From an uncultured Bacillales bacterium (GTDB taxonomy: Bacteria > Bacillota_I > Bacilli_A > RFN20 > CAG-826), in the NCBI GenBank assembly GCA_946647665.1, contig CAMPCW010000003.1, forward strand, positions 1 through 47,069: a stretch of 47,069 nucleotides of DNA, given 5' to 3'. Below the pieces are notes generated by a model. The model made no database searches, was not told the origin of the DNA, and was given only the letters and a program-made list of their open reading frames with translations. Of the stretch, positions 1 to 10,257 are shown piece by piece. The translations under genes were made by a program, and so were the position numbers. Numbering within the stretch: the first letter of the stretch is position 1; each line of letters begins with the position of its first letter.

Positions 1-20
1 AAAATAATCCAACTAACCTT

Positions 21-52
21 AATACCGGGCCGATAGGTTCGGTATTTTCTTT
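21..52 (+). terminator. Intrinsic terminator of a gene upstream of the window
   Basis: AATACCGGGCC-gata-GGTTCGGTATT hairpin followed by T-rich tract. Confidence 0.6.
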
Positions 53-142
53 ATTAATTTGATATCTTTTTTGCGGATTTATCTCACGTGCTTGATACAT
101 AAAAAGAGTTTAAGTAAAATAAAATAAAGGCAGGATTTTATT

Positions 143-766
143 ATGAAAATCAATAAATTTTTACCAATCATCTTACTAACTGGTGTTTTGATGTTATCAG
201 CGTGTGGATCTGAAACTCCATCAGGCCCTTCGTACACCATAACAGAGGTAGAGTTTCTGGCTTTAAAGGCAAAACTAGTGAAACCAAATATCCTTGTCGA
301 AGACAATTTCACAGTTGATATTACAATTAGCGGAGTAACTTTCAAAAACAAGGTTGCTAATGGGAAAGATGATATCTATTTTCAAGGAACGCATATTGTT
401 CTTGACTTGGATGTTTCTTCATATAATGCCTCTACTTCTAAGGCTAGTGGCGATACCTATGAATATGACGAAGATGAAAAAACGTGGTCAAAAGAAACCG
501 GCGAAGTTAATGTCGCTCTTTATAATTCCTATGCTCTAGGTTTTGAAACCGTGTTTAAATTTTCTCCTACTTTTTTTGATGCTTTTACCTATAACAAAGA
601 TACAAGGCTCTATACCGGAAGCTTGACAGTCGATGATGATACATATATAACCAGATTCATGGTTAAGGATGGTCAATTTCTTTATTATGAAGTTGGTGAT
701 GTATACAAATATGAATTCTCTAATTATGGAACTACAACTGTCACTCTTCCTCAAATAGTGGCCTAA
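143..766 (+). CDS. Hypothetical lipoprotein
   Basis: 207 aa ORF; basic N-terminus, hydrophobic core, lipobox LSAC; C-terminal FSNYGTTTVTLP. Confidence 0.8.
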   Translation: MKINKFLPIILLTGVLMLSACGSETPSGPSYTITEVEFLALKAKLVKPNILVEDNFTVDITISGVTFKNKVANGKDDIYFQGTHIVLDLDVSSYNASTSKASGDTYEYDEDEKTWSKETGEVNVALYNSYALGFETVFKFSPTFFDAFTYNKDTRLYTGSLTVDDDTYITRFMVKDGQFLYYEVGDVYKYEFSNYGTTTVTLPQIVA

Positions 767-806
767 ATATCTTTAAACCAACTAAATCAAATAATTAATA
801 TAAAAT

Positions 807-838
807 GGTCAAGAGTTCACTCTTGATCTTTTTATTTA
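807..838 (+). terminator. Intrinsic terminator
   Basis: GGTCAAGAG-ttca-CTCTTGATC then TTTTTATTT. Confidence 0.7.
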
Positions 839-916
839 TGAATAAAAATAAAAGCGTATTTATTTACAAAAATTGTTGGAGTAGACATAATTTACTCATC
901 AAGGGGAAAACTAGAT

Positions 917-1333
917 ATGAAAGTTGCGATTAGATATTTTACAAAAAGTAAAAAGGGTAATACTGAAAAGATTGCCAAATTTATCGAGGATAAGATAAGT
1001 GTACCTGCTAAAAGCGTCTCTAATCCTTTAGAAGAAGAAGTGGATGAACTTTTATTAGTTAATGCGATGTATGCTGCTGATGTTGATAAAGAGATTAAAC
1101 AGTTTTTAAAAGCTAATAAAGATAAGATTAAACTCCTTATTAATATCAATAGCTCCGCAAGTGGAAAGTCTACTTTAAAAGCGGTGAAGAAAGTTTGTGA
1201 TAAAGAAAATATCAAAGTCTCCAAAAAAGAATTCCACACTGTCGCTAGTTGGATCTTTATAAATAAAGGCAGACCAAATGAAGAAGACTTTGCTAGATTA
1301 GACGCTTTCTTAAAAGAAGTAGTGAATCAATAA
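917..1333 (+). CDS. Flavodoxin-like protein
   Basis: N-terminal AIRYFTKSKKGNTEKIA phosphate-binding loop and C-terminal GRPNEED typical of short flavodoxins; AAGGGG RBS. Confidence 0.7.
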   Translation: MKVAIRYFTKSKKGNTEKIAKFIEDKISVPAKSVSNPLEEEVDELLLVNAMYAADVDKEIKQFLKANKDKIKLLININSSASGKSTLKAVKKVCDKENIKVSKKEFHTVASWIFINKGRPNEEDFARLDAFLKEVVNQ

Positions 1334-1468
1334 TTAATCAAATGGAAAAATTGAACAGTCACTAGTGATTACTGCCTCTCATGCTATTGGGTCGTATAAC
1401 ATCAAGAAGAAAACGATTAAAGGATAAAACCTAATCTATTAATTAGATTACTTTGCTATAATAGTCAT

Positions 1469-1822
1469 GTGAAAACCGACATGACTTTTTTTGAATTTAA
1501 AAGCTTTGAAGAAATGTATTCTTGGCTTTTAGCTAACCATAAAAAAGATACTGAACTATATGTAAAAATATCAAAGAAAAAGCCTGAAGAGTGTATTGAT
1601 ATCATTAATTATATTGATTCAGTTAATGCTGCCTTATGTTTTGGCTGGATAGATTCTACCTTACGCAATATAAATGGGTCTCTTATATTAAGATTTTCAC
1701 CTAGAAAGAAAAAGTCTCATTGGACCGAGACAAATATTAATCGCTGTGTCGAATTAGACAAAAAAGGGCTCATGACTTTAGAAGGCAAAATTGCTTGTCC
1801 ATATTTTGATACGGTAAAATAG
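1469..1822 (+). CDS. YdeI/OmpD-associated family protein (N-terminal part only)
   Basis: WLxx[26 protein letters not shown] motifs; GTG start (alternative ATG at 1481). Confidence 0.75.
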   Translation: MKTDMTFFEFKSFEEMYSWLLANHKKDTELYVKISKKKPEECIDIINYIDSVNAALCFGWIDSTLRNINGSLILRFSPRKKKSHWTETNINRCVELDKKGLMTLEGKIACPYFDTVK

Positions 1823-1830
1823 TTTTGATT

Positions 1831-2736
1831 ATGAAAAGAAGCGGTATATTTCTTATTTTAACTGGCTTAATTCTAACTACTAGTTGCTCTAGTAGTGGAG
1901 ATGAATCTCCTACTCCTCCAAGTGAGATAAATTATTATCGTATTACTTGGAAAAACTATGATGGGACTATTTTGGAAACTGATCGAAGAGTAAAAGAAAA
2001 TACTGTTCCTACTTATAATGGGGCTACTCCTACTAAACCAGATGATAGCTCTTATACTTATTCTTGGAGTGGTTGGACTCCTAAAGTGGTGGCCGCTACT
2101 AGTGATGCCACATATACTGCAACTTTTACTAGTACACCTAAAGGCGGAGGGGACCCTGAAAAAGTAATAGTGGCCAAACATACACTTAAAGACACTAATC
2201 CTCCATTTGACTCAGATGATGATGGAGAAAGAGTGTCTGAAAGTACATGGAACGCATTTAGATCTGCTCCACAATCTGAATTTAAGAAAAATTATAACTA
2301 CACGTATGAAGCATATTCTGGTGGAACATATACATTAGAATATTTCACTAAAAATGGATATTATGTATCAACTAGTGCTGGTACGTTATATTACGAAAGA
2401 AAAAATAGTACTGGAAATACTTTCTATGAATATACATCCACTAAAGATGGCTACTTAAGACAAGAAACTAGTTTAGATTTAGAAAGTAAATATACGTATA
2501 GAATTCATCATGAAATCTATGTTCATATGTTTGACTATAATGAATATGAATATATGGATGGTCTTGGAGGAGTATATACATATAACGAAAGCGGTGTATT
2601 TAGCTCACAAATTAAATTCCAAAATGGTTATCTCTCTAGTCTAACTTATCTTCTTTATAGCACGATGTCTAAATTTGAAATTAAGCTAGCGTTTAAAACC
2701 GAAATTGAGATTCCTAAATCCTACTATTACAAATAA
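1831..2736 (+). CDS. Lipoprotein with a Listeria/Bacteroides (InlB B)-type repeat
   Basis: Lipobox-like LTTSC; [14 protein letters not shown]...[10 protein letters not shown]...YSWSGW...ATYTATF repeat; ATG 1831 preferred over TTG 1825. Confidence 0.75.
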   Translation: MKRSGIFLILTGLILTTSCSSSGDESPTPPSEINYYRITWKNYDGTILETDRRVKENTVPTYNGATPTKPDDSSYTYSWSGWTPKVVAATSDATYTATFTSTPKGGGDPEKVIVAKHTLKDTNPPFDSDDDGERVSESTWNAFRSAPQSEFKKNYNYTYEAYSGGTYTLEYFTKNGYYVSTSAGTLYYERKNSTGNTFYEYTSTKDGYLRQETSLDLESKYTYRIHHEIYVHMFDYNEYEYMDGLGGVYTYNESGVFSSQIKFQNGYLSSLTYLLYSTMSKFEIKLAFKTEIEIPKSYYYK

Positions 2737-2807
2737 AACTAAAAAAACTACCATTTATGTTAGTTTTTTTCTAAACAATTATATTTAATTGATATAAAAT
2801 AGCAGTT

Positions 2808-3935
2808 ATGAAGAAAATGCTTATAGCATTACTTGTCACCGCATCAGTATTTTTTACTCTTGTTTTTACTTTGGGAACAGTGGGTAGAAATAAAAGTGAT
2901 GAATTTAAAGTAGCGATGGTTACTGATTTCTCTGATGTTAATGATGGCTCATTTAACCAAGCCTGCTACGAAGGGGCTAAAGAGTGGAGCAGAAGACATA
3001 ACGTCACTTTTAACTACTATAAGCCAGCAAGTATTTCTCCTGCTGAAAGAATTAAATCCATGCGTTTAGCAATTGACCGTGGCTATAACGTTATTTTGTG
3101 TCCAGGATTTGCTTTAGGAGAACCAATTTCTATCGTTGCCCCTGAACATCCTAACGTGCAGTTTATTGGTTTAGATATTTCTGGTTTTCAAAAAATTGAT
3201 AATGTCACTATTTATAATTATCAAGAAGAAATAGCGGGTTATTTAGCGGGCTATGCAGCAGTAAAAGAAGGCAAGAGAAAACTAGGTTTTTTAGGCGGAC
3301 AAGAATACGAATCAATCACGAGATACGGTTATGGTTATATTCAAGGAGCTGACGCTGCTGCTGAAGAATTAGAAGAACATATCAAGATAGACTTTGTCTA
3401 TGGTGGTCAATTTTTCGGCTCTCCGGAAATTCATAACTATATTGACCAATGGTATAAAAGTGGCACCGAAATAGTGTTTTCTTGTGGAGGAAGTATTTAT
3501 ACTTCTGTAGCTTTAGCCGCTAAAGAAAATGGTGGTTATATGATTGGGGTTGATGATGATCAAGCTCCAATAGTGGACCGCGACTATAAGCCTGGAGTTT
3601 GTATTACCAGTGCGATGAAAATGATTAAAAAGACTGTTATTGATAAATTGGAATTATGCTATCAAGGTATACCTTTAGAAGGCGACACTGTAAAGCTTGG
3701 ATTAGTATCTGGAGATAATGTTGAAGAAAACTATGTTCAACTTCCTTTAAGTACTTGGCAAAATTACGACGATACCCATCCAAGAATGAAAAACTTTACC
3801 TATGAAGACTATAAAGATTTAGTTAAGTATTTATTTGATAACCCTGATACAGTGAGTCCTGAAATTGGCTATGAGCCAATAGATGTCCCTCATAGTGAAT
3901 ATACAACTATTATTGCTCATGACCCAATAAATTAA
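2808..3935 (+). CDS. BMP-family nucleoside ABC transporter substrate-binding protein
   Basis: VAMVTD..DVNDGSFNQ, GYLAGYAA, MIGVDDDQ, TSAMK motifs; first gene of ABC operon. Confidence 0.9.
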   Translation: MKKMLIALLVTASVFFTLVFTLGTVGRNKSDEFKVAMVTDFSDVNDGSFNQACYEGAKEWSRRHNVTFNYYKPASISPAERIKSMRLAIDRGYNVILCPGFALGEPISIVAPEHPNVQFIGLDISGFQKIDNVTIYNYQEEIAGYLAGYAAVKEGKRKLGFLGGQEYESITRYGYGYIQGADAAAEELEEHIKIDFVYGGQFFGSPEIHNYIDQWYKSGTEIVFSCGGSIYTSVALAAKENGGYMIGVDDDQAPIVDRDYKPGVCITSAMKMIKKTVIDKLELCYQGIPLEGDTVKLGLVSGDNVEENYVQLPLSTWQNYDDTHPRMKNFTYEDYKDLVKYLFDNPDTVSPEIGYEPIDVPHSEYTTIIAHDPIN

Positions 3936-3937
3936 TT

Positions 3938-5557
3938 ATGAAAGAAAATTACGCGATTGAAATGTTAGGGATTACCAAAAGATTTGGTAACATATTAGCC
4001 AATGATCATATTGATATTAGACTTCAAAAAGGTCACATTTTAGCGTTGTGTGGAGAAAATGGTGCTGGTAAATCCACAATTATGTCGATTTTATTTGGTC
4101 TATATACTCCAGACGAGGGAGTTATTAAAAAAGAAGGAAAAGTGGTCAAAATCACTAATCCTAATGACGCGACTAGTTTAAATATTGGTATGGTCCATCA
4201 ACACTTTAAACTAGTGGATACCTTTACCATTTTACAAAATATTATTCTAGGTGATGAAACTCTTAAAGAGTTTAAAGGAGATAATCTTAACTTTGTTAAG
4301 AAATCACTTAATTATTTAAATAAAAAGATTTTTAAAATTATTGATTATAAAAAAGCTAGAGAAGATATTAATAAAATTATTAATCAATATGATTTACAAG
4401 TTGATTTAGATAAGAAAGTTAAAGATATCTCTGTAGAAATGCAGCAAAAGGTAGAAATCATTAAAATGCTATATCGTAAAAACGATATTCTCATTTTTGA
4501 TGAACCTACCGCGGTGTTAACAGAACAAGAAATTCAAGACTTCTTAAAAATAATGAACAACCTTAAAAAAGAAGGTAAATCCATTATCTTTATTTCTCAT
4601 AAACTTAATGAAGTTTTTGAAGTCAGTGATGAAATCACTGTTATTAGAAAAGGTCAATATATTGATACTTTAAAAACTAAAGAGACCACTAAAGAAGAAA
4701 TATCGGCTTTAATGGTGGGAAGAAAGCTCAAAGAATTTAAAGGCAAATCTAAAATAACTCCGAAAGAAGAAGTCCTAAGAGTAGAACATTTAACAATGAT
4801 TGACCCATTCTCTAAAAAGAAGGTGGTTAATGATGTCTCTTTTAACGTTAGAAAAGGAGAAATTGTCACTTTAGCGGGAATTGATGGGAATGGACAACAA
4901 GAAGTGATTTACGGTATTACCGGCATTAAAAAGGCTCATAGTGGTACTATAACCCTAGATAAGAAAGATATCTCCTCTTATTCCATTAGAGAAAAAATTA
5001 AAGCAGGTATCTCTCATATTCCTGAAGATCGACATAAACATGGCTTAATCTTAGATTATTCCATCTATGAGAATACTGTACTAGACCGATATTACGAAAA
5101 AGAATTCTCAAAATGCTTATTTTTAAATGAAAAGAACATTAAAAAATATGCGGATGAGTTAATTGATAAATATGATGTTAGATCTAGTGGAGATGGTAAC
5201 ACAATTGTTAGAAGTATGTCAGGAGGTAACCAACAGAAAATTATTGTTGGTAGAGAAATAGAACGTAACCAAGATTTATTAATTGCCGTTCAGCCAACTA
5301 GAGGTTTAGATATTGGGGCAATTGAAGGAATTCATAATCTTTTGCTTAAGCAAAGAGAAGAAGATAAAGCGATTTTATTAGTCTCTTTAGAGTTAGATCA
5401 AGTCTTTGCGCTTTCTGATCGTATATTAGTAATGTATGAAGGTGAAATTGTTGGTGAATTCACTCCAGATAATGTGAATAAAGAAACTTTAGGTTTATAT
5501 ATGTCAGGTGCGAAAAAAGACAAAGTTAATGCGATTAAGGAGGGTATAAATGAATAA
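3938..5557 (+). CDS. Nucleoside/sugar ABC transporter ATPase (two ABC domains)
   Basis: GENGAGKST, GMVHQHF, DEPTAVL, SGGNQQK, QPTRGLD. Confidence 0.92.
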   Translation: MKENYAIEMLGITKRFGNILANDHIDIRLQKGHILALCGENGAGKSTIMSILFGLYTPDEGVIKKEGKVVKITNPNDATSLNIGMVHQHFKLVDTFTILQNIILGDETLKEFKGDNLNFVKKSLNYLNKKIFKIIDYKKAREDINKIINQYDLQVDLDKKVKDISVEMQQKVEIIKMLYRKNDILIFDEPTAVLTEQEIQDFLKIMNNLKKEGKSIIFISHKLNEVFEVSDEITVIRKGQYIDTLKTKETTKEEISALMVGRKLKEFKGKSKITPKEEVLRVEHLTMIDPFSKKKVVNDVSFNVRKGEIVTLAGIDGNGQQEVIYGITGIKKAHSGTITLDKKDISSYSIREKIKAGISHIPEDRHKHGLILDYSIYENTVLDRYYEKEFSKCLFLNEKNIKKYADELIDKYDVRSSGDGNTIVRSMSGGNQQKIIVGREIERNQDLLIAVQPTRGLDIGAIEGIHNLLLKQREEDKAILLVSLELDQVFALSDRILVMYEGEIVGEFTPDNVNKETLGLYMSGAKKDKVNAIKEGINE

Positions 5558-6692
5558 GATTAAATCATTTTTCTCTTCTTTAATTAAAAAAGATTCTACT
5601 AAAACAGTAGTGACCTCTTTATGGTGCGCTATGCTAGGCTTAATTTTAGGCTTCTTTATCTTGCTTATCATTAACCCATCTAATGCAGCATATGGCATGA
5701 CTTCAGTACTAGGAAATTATTTAATCTTTTCTAGTCCAACTGATAGATTAAATTATTTTGGTCAAACTTTAGCAAAAACCGCGCCATTAATTGCGATGAG
5801 CTTATCGATTTTAGTCTCTTATAAAGCAGGCTTATTTAATTTAGGTGCTTCTGGACAATATTCTATTGCGGTACTCGTGATTTGCCTTTTAGGAGCAGGA
5901 GCGAATTGGCCATGGTATATTGTGATGATTATTGCCATGATTGCCGCTGCTATTTGGTCTATGCTTACCGGCTTATTAAAAGCGTTCTTTAACGTTAACG
6001 AAGTTATTTCTGGAATCATGCTTAACTGGATTGCCTTATATTTAGTTAATGGTATTTTATCTAATGCTGGTGATAGCGTTTGGGACGGGGCTCACTCTGA
6101 ATCAGTTGCAATTACAAGCGCCTCTAATTCCTTTATTCCTTCGATTGGATTAGACAAATTATTTGCTGGTAACTCAATAGTCGGATTAGGAATGATTTTA
6201 ATTCTAATAGTAGTCATAATTATCTTTATCTTGTTAAAGAAAACGACTGTGGGTTACGAACTTAAGGCCACTGGCTTAAATAGTGATGCTGCTAGATATG
6301 CTGGAATTAGCAAAGTTAAAAGTATTTTAATTGCGACCGCGATTTCAGGAGCCTTAGCAGGTTTAGCGGCCTCGCTTAGTTTACAAAACGGCTTTACTAG
6401 TTGGAGGTTATCTTCAGTTCCTCCAGAAATTGGCTTCCAAGGAATTTCTTCAGCCTTTTTAGGAGGGCTTCACCCAATTGGAATAATCTTCTCTTCATAT
6501 TTCATTATGCATATCACTGAAGGTGGATCAATGATTACTGATTTAGGTTTCTCTCCTGAAACTGCCTCAATTATGACTTCAGTGATCATTTATTTATCTG
6601 GATTTGTCTTCTTTATTAAAGAAGTAATGAGAAAATATGAAATTAAAAATGAACTTAATATGCTAAGTAGAAATAAGGAGAACAAAGTATGA
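5550..6692 (+). CDS. Nucleoside ABC transporter permease
   Basis: Polytopic; AGLFNLGASGQ, VNEVISGIMLNWIA, GYELKATGLN; overlaps ATPase stop. Confidence 0.9.
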   Translation: MNKIKSFFSSLIKKDSTKTVVTSLWCAMLGLILGFFILLIINPSNAAYGMTSVLGNYLIFSSPTDRLNYFGQTLAKTAPLIAMSLSILVSYKAGLFNLGASGQYSIAVLVICLLGAGANWPWYIVMIIAMIAAAIWSMLTGLLKAFFNVNEVISGIMLNWIALYLVNGILSNAGDSVWDGAHSESVAITSASNSFIPSIGLDKLFAGNSIVGLGMILILIVVIIIFILLKKTTVGYELKATGLNSDAARYAGISKVKSILIATAISGALAGLAASLSLQNGFTSWRLSSVPPEIGFQGISSAFLGGLHPIGIIFSSYFIMHITEGGSMITDLGFSPETASIMTSVIIYLSGFVFFIKEVMRKYEIKNELNMLSRNKENKV

Positions 6693-7633
6693 GTGCGGTA
6701 TTATTTCTTTTAGCGTTTGTTTCTATTCTTACTATTGTTGCTTTAGGAGGAATGTTCTCTGAAAAAAGTGGAACAGTGGCTTTATCTTTAGAAGGCTGCA
6801 TGACTTTTGGCGCTTTTAATGCTGGCATGGTGATGTACCTACTTCCTAATACAGTTCCCGCTGGAATTAGCGCTTTAATCGTTATTTTAGTCGCTATAGT
6901 TAGTGCAGGATTATATTCTCTTTTATTAGCGGTAGCGTGTGTCACCTTTAAGGCTAATCAAACTTTAGTAGGAACTGCTTTAAATATCTTAGCTACTGCT
7001 TTAGCAGTAGTCTTAATCAAACAAATCACTAAAACTGAAGCTTTACCAGTTGGTAATTCTAGACTTAGTTTCATGAGATTCTATGAGATATTTAATGTCA
7101 ATTTCTTTGGTATGCAAGGAGTGAGATTTAACTGGCTTATTCTTATCGCCTTAGTTTTAGTTCCTATCATTTATGTCGTTATTTATAAAACTAGATTTGG
7201 CTTAAGACTTTCTAGCTGTGGAGAAAATCCATCTAGCGCGGACTCTTTAGGAATTAATGTTAATAAGACCCGATATATTGGTATTCTTCTTTCTGGAATG
7301 TTAGCGGGATTTGGCGGGCTATTCTTAATCACCATGAATTCCGAATGGGAATTCGCTAACGGGGCAACTGGATTTGGTTATCTCGCTTTAGCGGTCTTAA
7401 TCTTTGGTCAGTGGAAGCCTTTATATATTTTATTAGGCGCTTTAATCTTCTCAGGATTTAAGACCTTATCAGTTTTCTATTCATCAATTAATTTCTTAGA
7501 AAAACTTGGTATATCATCTTATTTCTATTTAGCTCTTCCATATGTGGTGTGTTTAATTGTTCTGATATTTACCAGTAAGAAAAATGTTGGCCCGAAAGCT
7601 TTAGGCGAGCCCTACGATAAAGGTAAGAGATAA
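6689..7633 (+). CDS. Nucleoside ABC transporter permease
   Basis: FSEKSG..LEG, TRFGLRLSSCGENP, LALAVLIFGQWKP, PKALGEPY. Confidence 0.9.
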   Translation: MSAVLFLLAFVSILTIVALGGMFSEKSGTVALSLEGCMTFGAFNAGMVMYLLPNTVPAGISALIVILVAIVSAGLYSLLLAVACVTFKANQTLVGTALNILATALAVVLIKQITKTEALPVGNSRLSFMRFYEIFNVNFFGMQGVRFNWLILIALVLVPIIYVVIYKTRFGLRLSSCGENPSSADSLGINVNKTRYIGILLSGMLAGFGGLFLITMNSEWEFANGATGFGYLALAVLIFGQWKPLYILLGALIFSGFKTLSVFYSSINFLEKLGISSYFYLALPYVVCLIVLIFTSKKNVGPKALGEPYDKGKR

Positions 7634-7640
7634 GCAAATT

Positions 7641-7669
7641 AAAACAGCCATGGCAGGGCTGTTATTTTT
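7641..7669. terminator. Likely bidirectional terminator between convergent genes
   Basis: AACAGCC/GGCTGTT stem flanked by A- and T-tracts. Confidence 0.65.
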
Positions 7670-7678
7670 GAGCAGTGA

Positions 7679-9850
7679 TTAAGCTTGAGGTTTATCGCTA
7701 ACTTCTACTTTGATTTTGCTAACTCCTTTTAGAGGAAGAATTTCAAATGTGAAGTTAGATTCATCAACTGTTAATTTTTCTCCGTTATAAGTAACAGTAA
7801 TTACTTTACCTTCTAACCAATATTTGCTTTCATCGGCGACTCCTAAAGATAGTCTAACTTTTTGACCAACTTCAAATTCTTTAGGTAAATCTTTAATAAT
7901 ATATCCAGTAGTGGAAGTTTCATCTAAAGTAAGGGTCACTTTTTGAGCTTTAGTTTGAACTATGAAATCATATGTTTTTGCATTGGCAGCAAAAGTATAA
8001 CTAATTGAGCCATCTAGATTAACGGTGTATTCACTTTCTTTTAATCTCTTATCATTAACTTCGATAGAATGGAGATCTTTATATTCGTTTAGTTTGAATT
8101 TAACGGTAACAGAGCTCTTGCCGTCAACTTCAAAAACGTCGTAGCCCATTTCTTCGGTTGCTTGTTTACCTTCAATTTCAACTTTGAAAGCGCCTTTGTT
8201 GATTCTTAAAGTAGATTTATAAGAATCTTGTTCTTGAATTGTGACTTCAAATAAAGATGATTTATCGCTAGTGGCTTTATATTTTGCAGTTTGTTCGCTA
8301 TTTAGTTTATAGATCTTGCTTTCTGGCTCTTCTTCACCATCTGGAGGTGTAAATGGAGTTAAAGGTGATCCTTCAAATGATATAGCAGTAAGAGTGGCGG
8401 TTGGATGGTCTTCATTAGCGTAGAATGTTACATAAATTGCGCCTTCAAATTCTGCGGCTAATAATTTACCTTTCTCTTTATTGGTGCCAGTTAATTCGAT
8501 AACTTCTTTACCTTCTGTTTCTCTATCGCCTTCTTCAGCGGTAAAGGAGATATTGATTGGTTTAGCAAATGGAACAGTGAAAGTATATAAATCTTTTTCT
8601 TCTTCTCTTTCAATGGTTTGTCCATTTACAATCATTTTAAGATTTTTATATCCTCTTTTTGGTCTTAAGTTAATAGAAACTTTATTACCAAAACCAATCG
8701 CGTTTTCTAAATATAGAGAAGCTTTAGGCTCAGTTTCCATAAATCCTTTAACGTATTTATTCGCGGAAACAGTATCAATAACAAAGTGTTCGTTAGCAAT
8801 TTTTGGTGTCCAAGTAGCGTTGATAGTAACTTTGCCATCTATTACATCTTTATCATCAATTAAAATACTATAAACAACAATTTCTTTTCCATCAGGGTCA
8901 AATAACTTACGATCTTGGACTAATTTGTTACCAAATTTCATGCTTAGGACATTAAAGTATTCGGCGTGATATTGGCTAAATTCGACATAAAGATAATATG
9001 GTTGTAAAGTAACAAATTCAGTGTCTGAAGAGACTAATTTTCTTTTTTGCCATTCTTCATATGTGAAACCATCAAATGAATAAACTTTGTCCTCAGCATC
9101 TAAACCATTAAATACTAATTTGGTTTTCTCAGCTACATATGGAGTGGTAGTTATAACAATTTTAGATATGACTGCTTCGTTAATGCCTTTAAAAACAATG
9201 GAATTTTGTCCTAGATTACCTTTAGTTAGAGTGGTGGTCCAAACTCCATTTGCGTAACTTTCAAATTGATCAGCGTTGATTAACGCTAGTTGGTTTTTCT
9301 CTCCAACAAAGGTGAATTCAATTTTTCTAATCCAAACGTCTTTACCTTCGCTTTTAGTACGACAAATTAATTGAAATTGTTTGTCGTTAGCAACATTTAA
9401 ATTGCTATTTTTAAATACGTTTTCAAAACCTGCTTCGGCAACATAAGGTTCGACAACCACTCTAGTTCCACCTTTTGTTAGCTTTTCTGTGTAATTCTCT
9501 TCGGTTAATCCTTCAAAAGTATAAACTACTTTGTTTTCTAATTTATTTGTTGTTACTTTTAAGGTATATGTTTTTTCTTCAGTAGGAGTGAATGTATATT
9601 TGTTGCTACTACTTGGTGGCAATTCCACTTCATTCATCTTCACGGAAGAAACGCTATATTCTTCATTTATTGGGCTAACAGTGAATTCGATAGCCTTATT
9701 TAATTCATATTCGCCTGCTTTTAAAGTGGTGGTCATGTATTGATTTGCTTCAATACTGATCGTAGCTTTTTTAATAGGAGTGCTTTCCCCACAAGAGGAT
9801 AAGAACATTCCACATAAAACAGGAAATAATAGTAATCTTTTTACTTTCAT
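7679..9850 (-). CDS. Large surface lipoprotein with several beta-rich (Ig/InlB-like) modules
   Basis: 723 aa; lipobox LSSC; recurring vxxNG..YTFT type segments; GAGGA RBS. Confidence 0.75.
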   Translation of the reverse strand: MKVKRLLLFPVLCGMFLSSCGESTPIKKATISIEANQYMTTTLKAGEYELNKAIEFTVSPINEEYSVSSVKMNEVELPPSSSNKYTFTPTEEKTYTLKVTTNKLENKVVYTFEGLTEENYTEKLTKGGTRVVVEPYVAEAGFENVFKNSNLNVANDKQFQLICRTKSEGKDVWIRKIEFTFVGEKNQLALINADQFESYANGVWTTTLTKGNLGQNSIVFKGINEAVISKIVITTTPYVAEKTKLVFNGLDAEDKVYSFDGFTYEEWQKRKLVSSDTEFVTLQPYYLYVEFSQYHAEYFNVLSMKFGNKLVQDRKLFDPDGKEIVVYSILIDDKDVIDGKVTINATWTPKIANEHFVIDTVSANKYVKGFMETEPKASLYLENAIGFGNKVSINLRPKRGYKNLKMIVNGQTIEREEEKDLYTFTVPFAKPINISFTAEEGDRETEGKEVIELTGTNKEKGKLLAAEFEGAIYVTFYANEDHPTATLTAISFEGSPLTPFTPPDGEEEPESKIYKLNSEQTAKYKATSDKSSLFEVTIQEQDSYKSTLRINKGAFKVEIEGKQATEEMGYDVFEVDGKSSVTVKFKLNEYKDLHSIEVNDKRLKESEYTVNLDGSISYTFAANAKTYDFIVQTKAQKVTLTLDETSTTGYIIKDLPKEFEVGQKVRLSLGVADESKYWLEGKVITVTYNGEKLTVDESNFTFEILPLKGVSKIKVEVSDKPQA

Positions 9851-9879
9851 TGAATATTCCTCAACTTTCTTACGAATAT

Positions 9880-9912
9880 ATTATATATAAGTATGCGCAC
9901 AAAAGTGTCACA
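9880..9912 (-). promoter_or_regulatory. TGTGAC-ACTTT-TGTGCG box plus TATAAT -10
   Basis: Box at 9912-9896 and -10 at 9885-9880; same box at 44577 and 46403. Confidence 0.6.
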
Positions 9913-9965
9913 CAATCTAATTTTTTATCATGTCGCTATTATAAATATTCTCATTATGTTAATAT

Positions 9966-9983
9966 AGTTAGCGGTAACTAACT
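9966..9983. promoter_or_regulatory. Probable DtxR/MntR-family operator
   Basis: AGTTAG-cggtaa-CTAACT palindrome upstream of the HMA-ZIP genes; two more copies upstream of feoA. Confidence 0.7.
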
Positions 9984-10007
9984 CAGTTATCAAGGAGATG
10001 AATAAAT

Positions 10008-10256
10008 ATGAATAAATATATATTAGGTATTGATGGAATGGCGTGTGGAATGTGTGAGATGCATGTCGAAGATAAATTAAGAAAAGCCATTAAACTTAAA
10101 AAAGTTAATGCTTCTCACATTAAAAATAATGTTATTGTTATTACAGAATTAGAATTAACCGAAGAAGATTTTAAGAAGATTTTAGATCCAACTGGATATC
10201 GAATTACTTCTTATGAAAAATCTGTAGCGGTTAAAAAATTCTTCAGATGGAGATAA
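10008..10256 (+). CDS. Heavy-metal-associated (HMA/CopZ-like) protein
   Basis: GMACGMC metal-binding motif; AGGAG RBS. Confidence 0.85.
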   Translation: MNKYILGIDGMACGMCEMHVEDKLRKAIKLKKVNASHIKNNVIVITELELTEEDFKKILDPTGYRITSYEKSVAVKKFFRWR

Positions 10257-10257
10257 C

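Noticed and set aside
2737-2807. Purine riboswitch upstream of the nucleoside ABC operon
   Set aside because: The gap holds only a terminator-like hairpin and an AT-rich promoter; no aptamer consensus is present.
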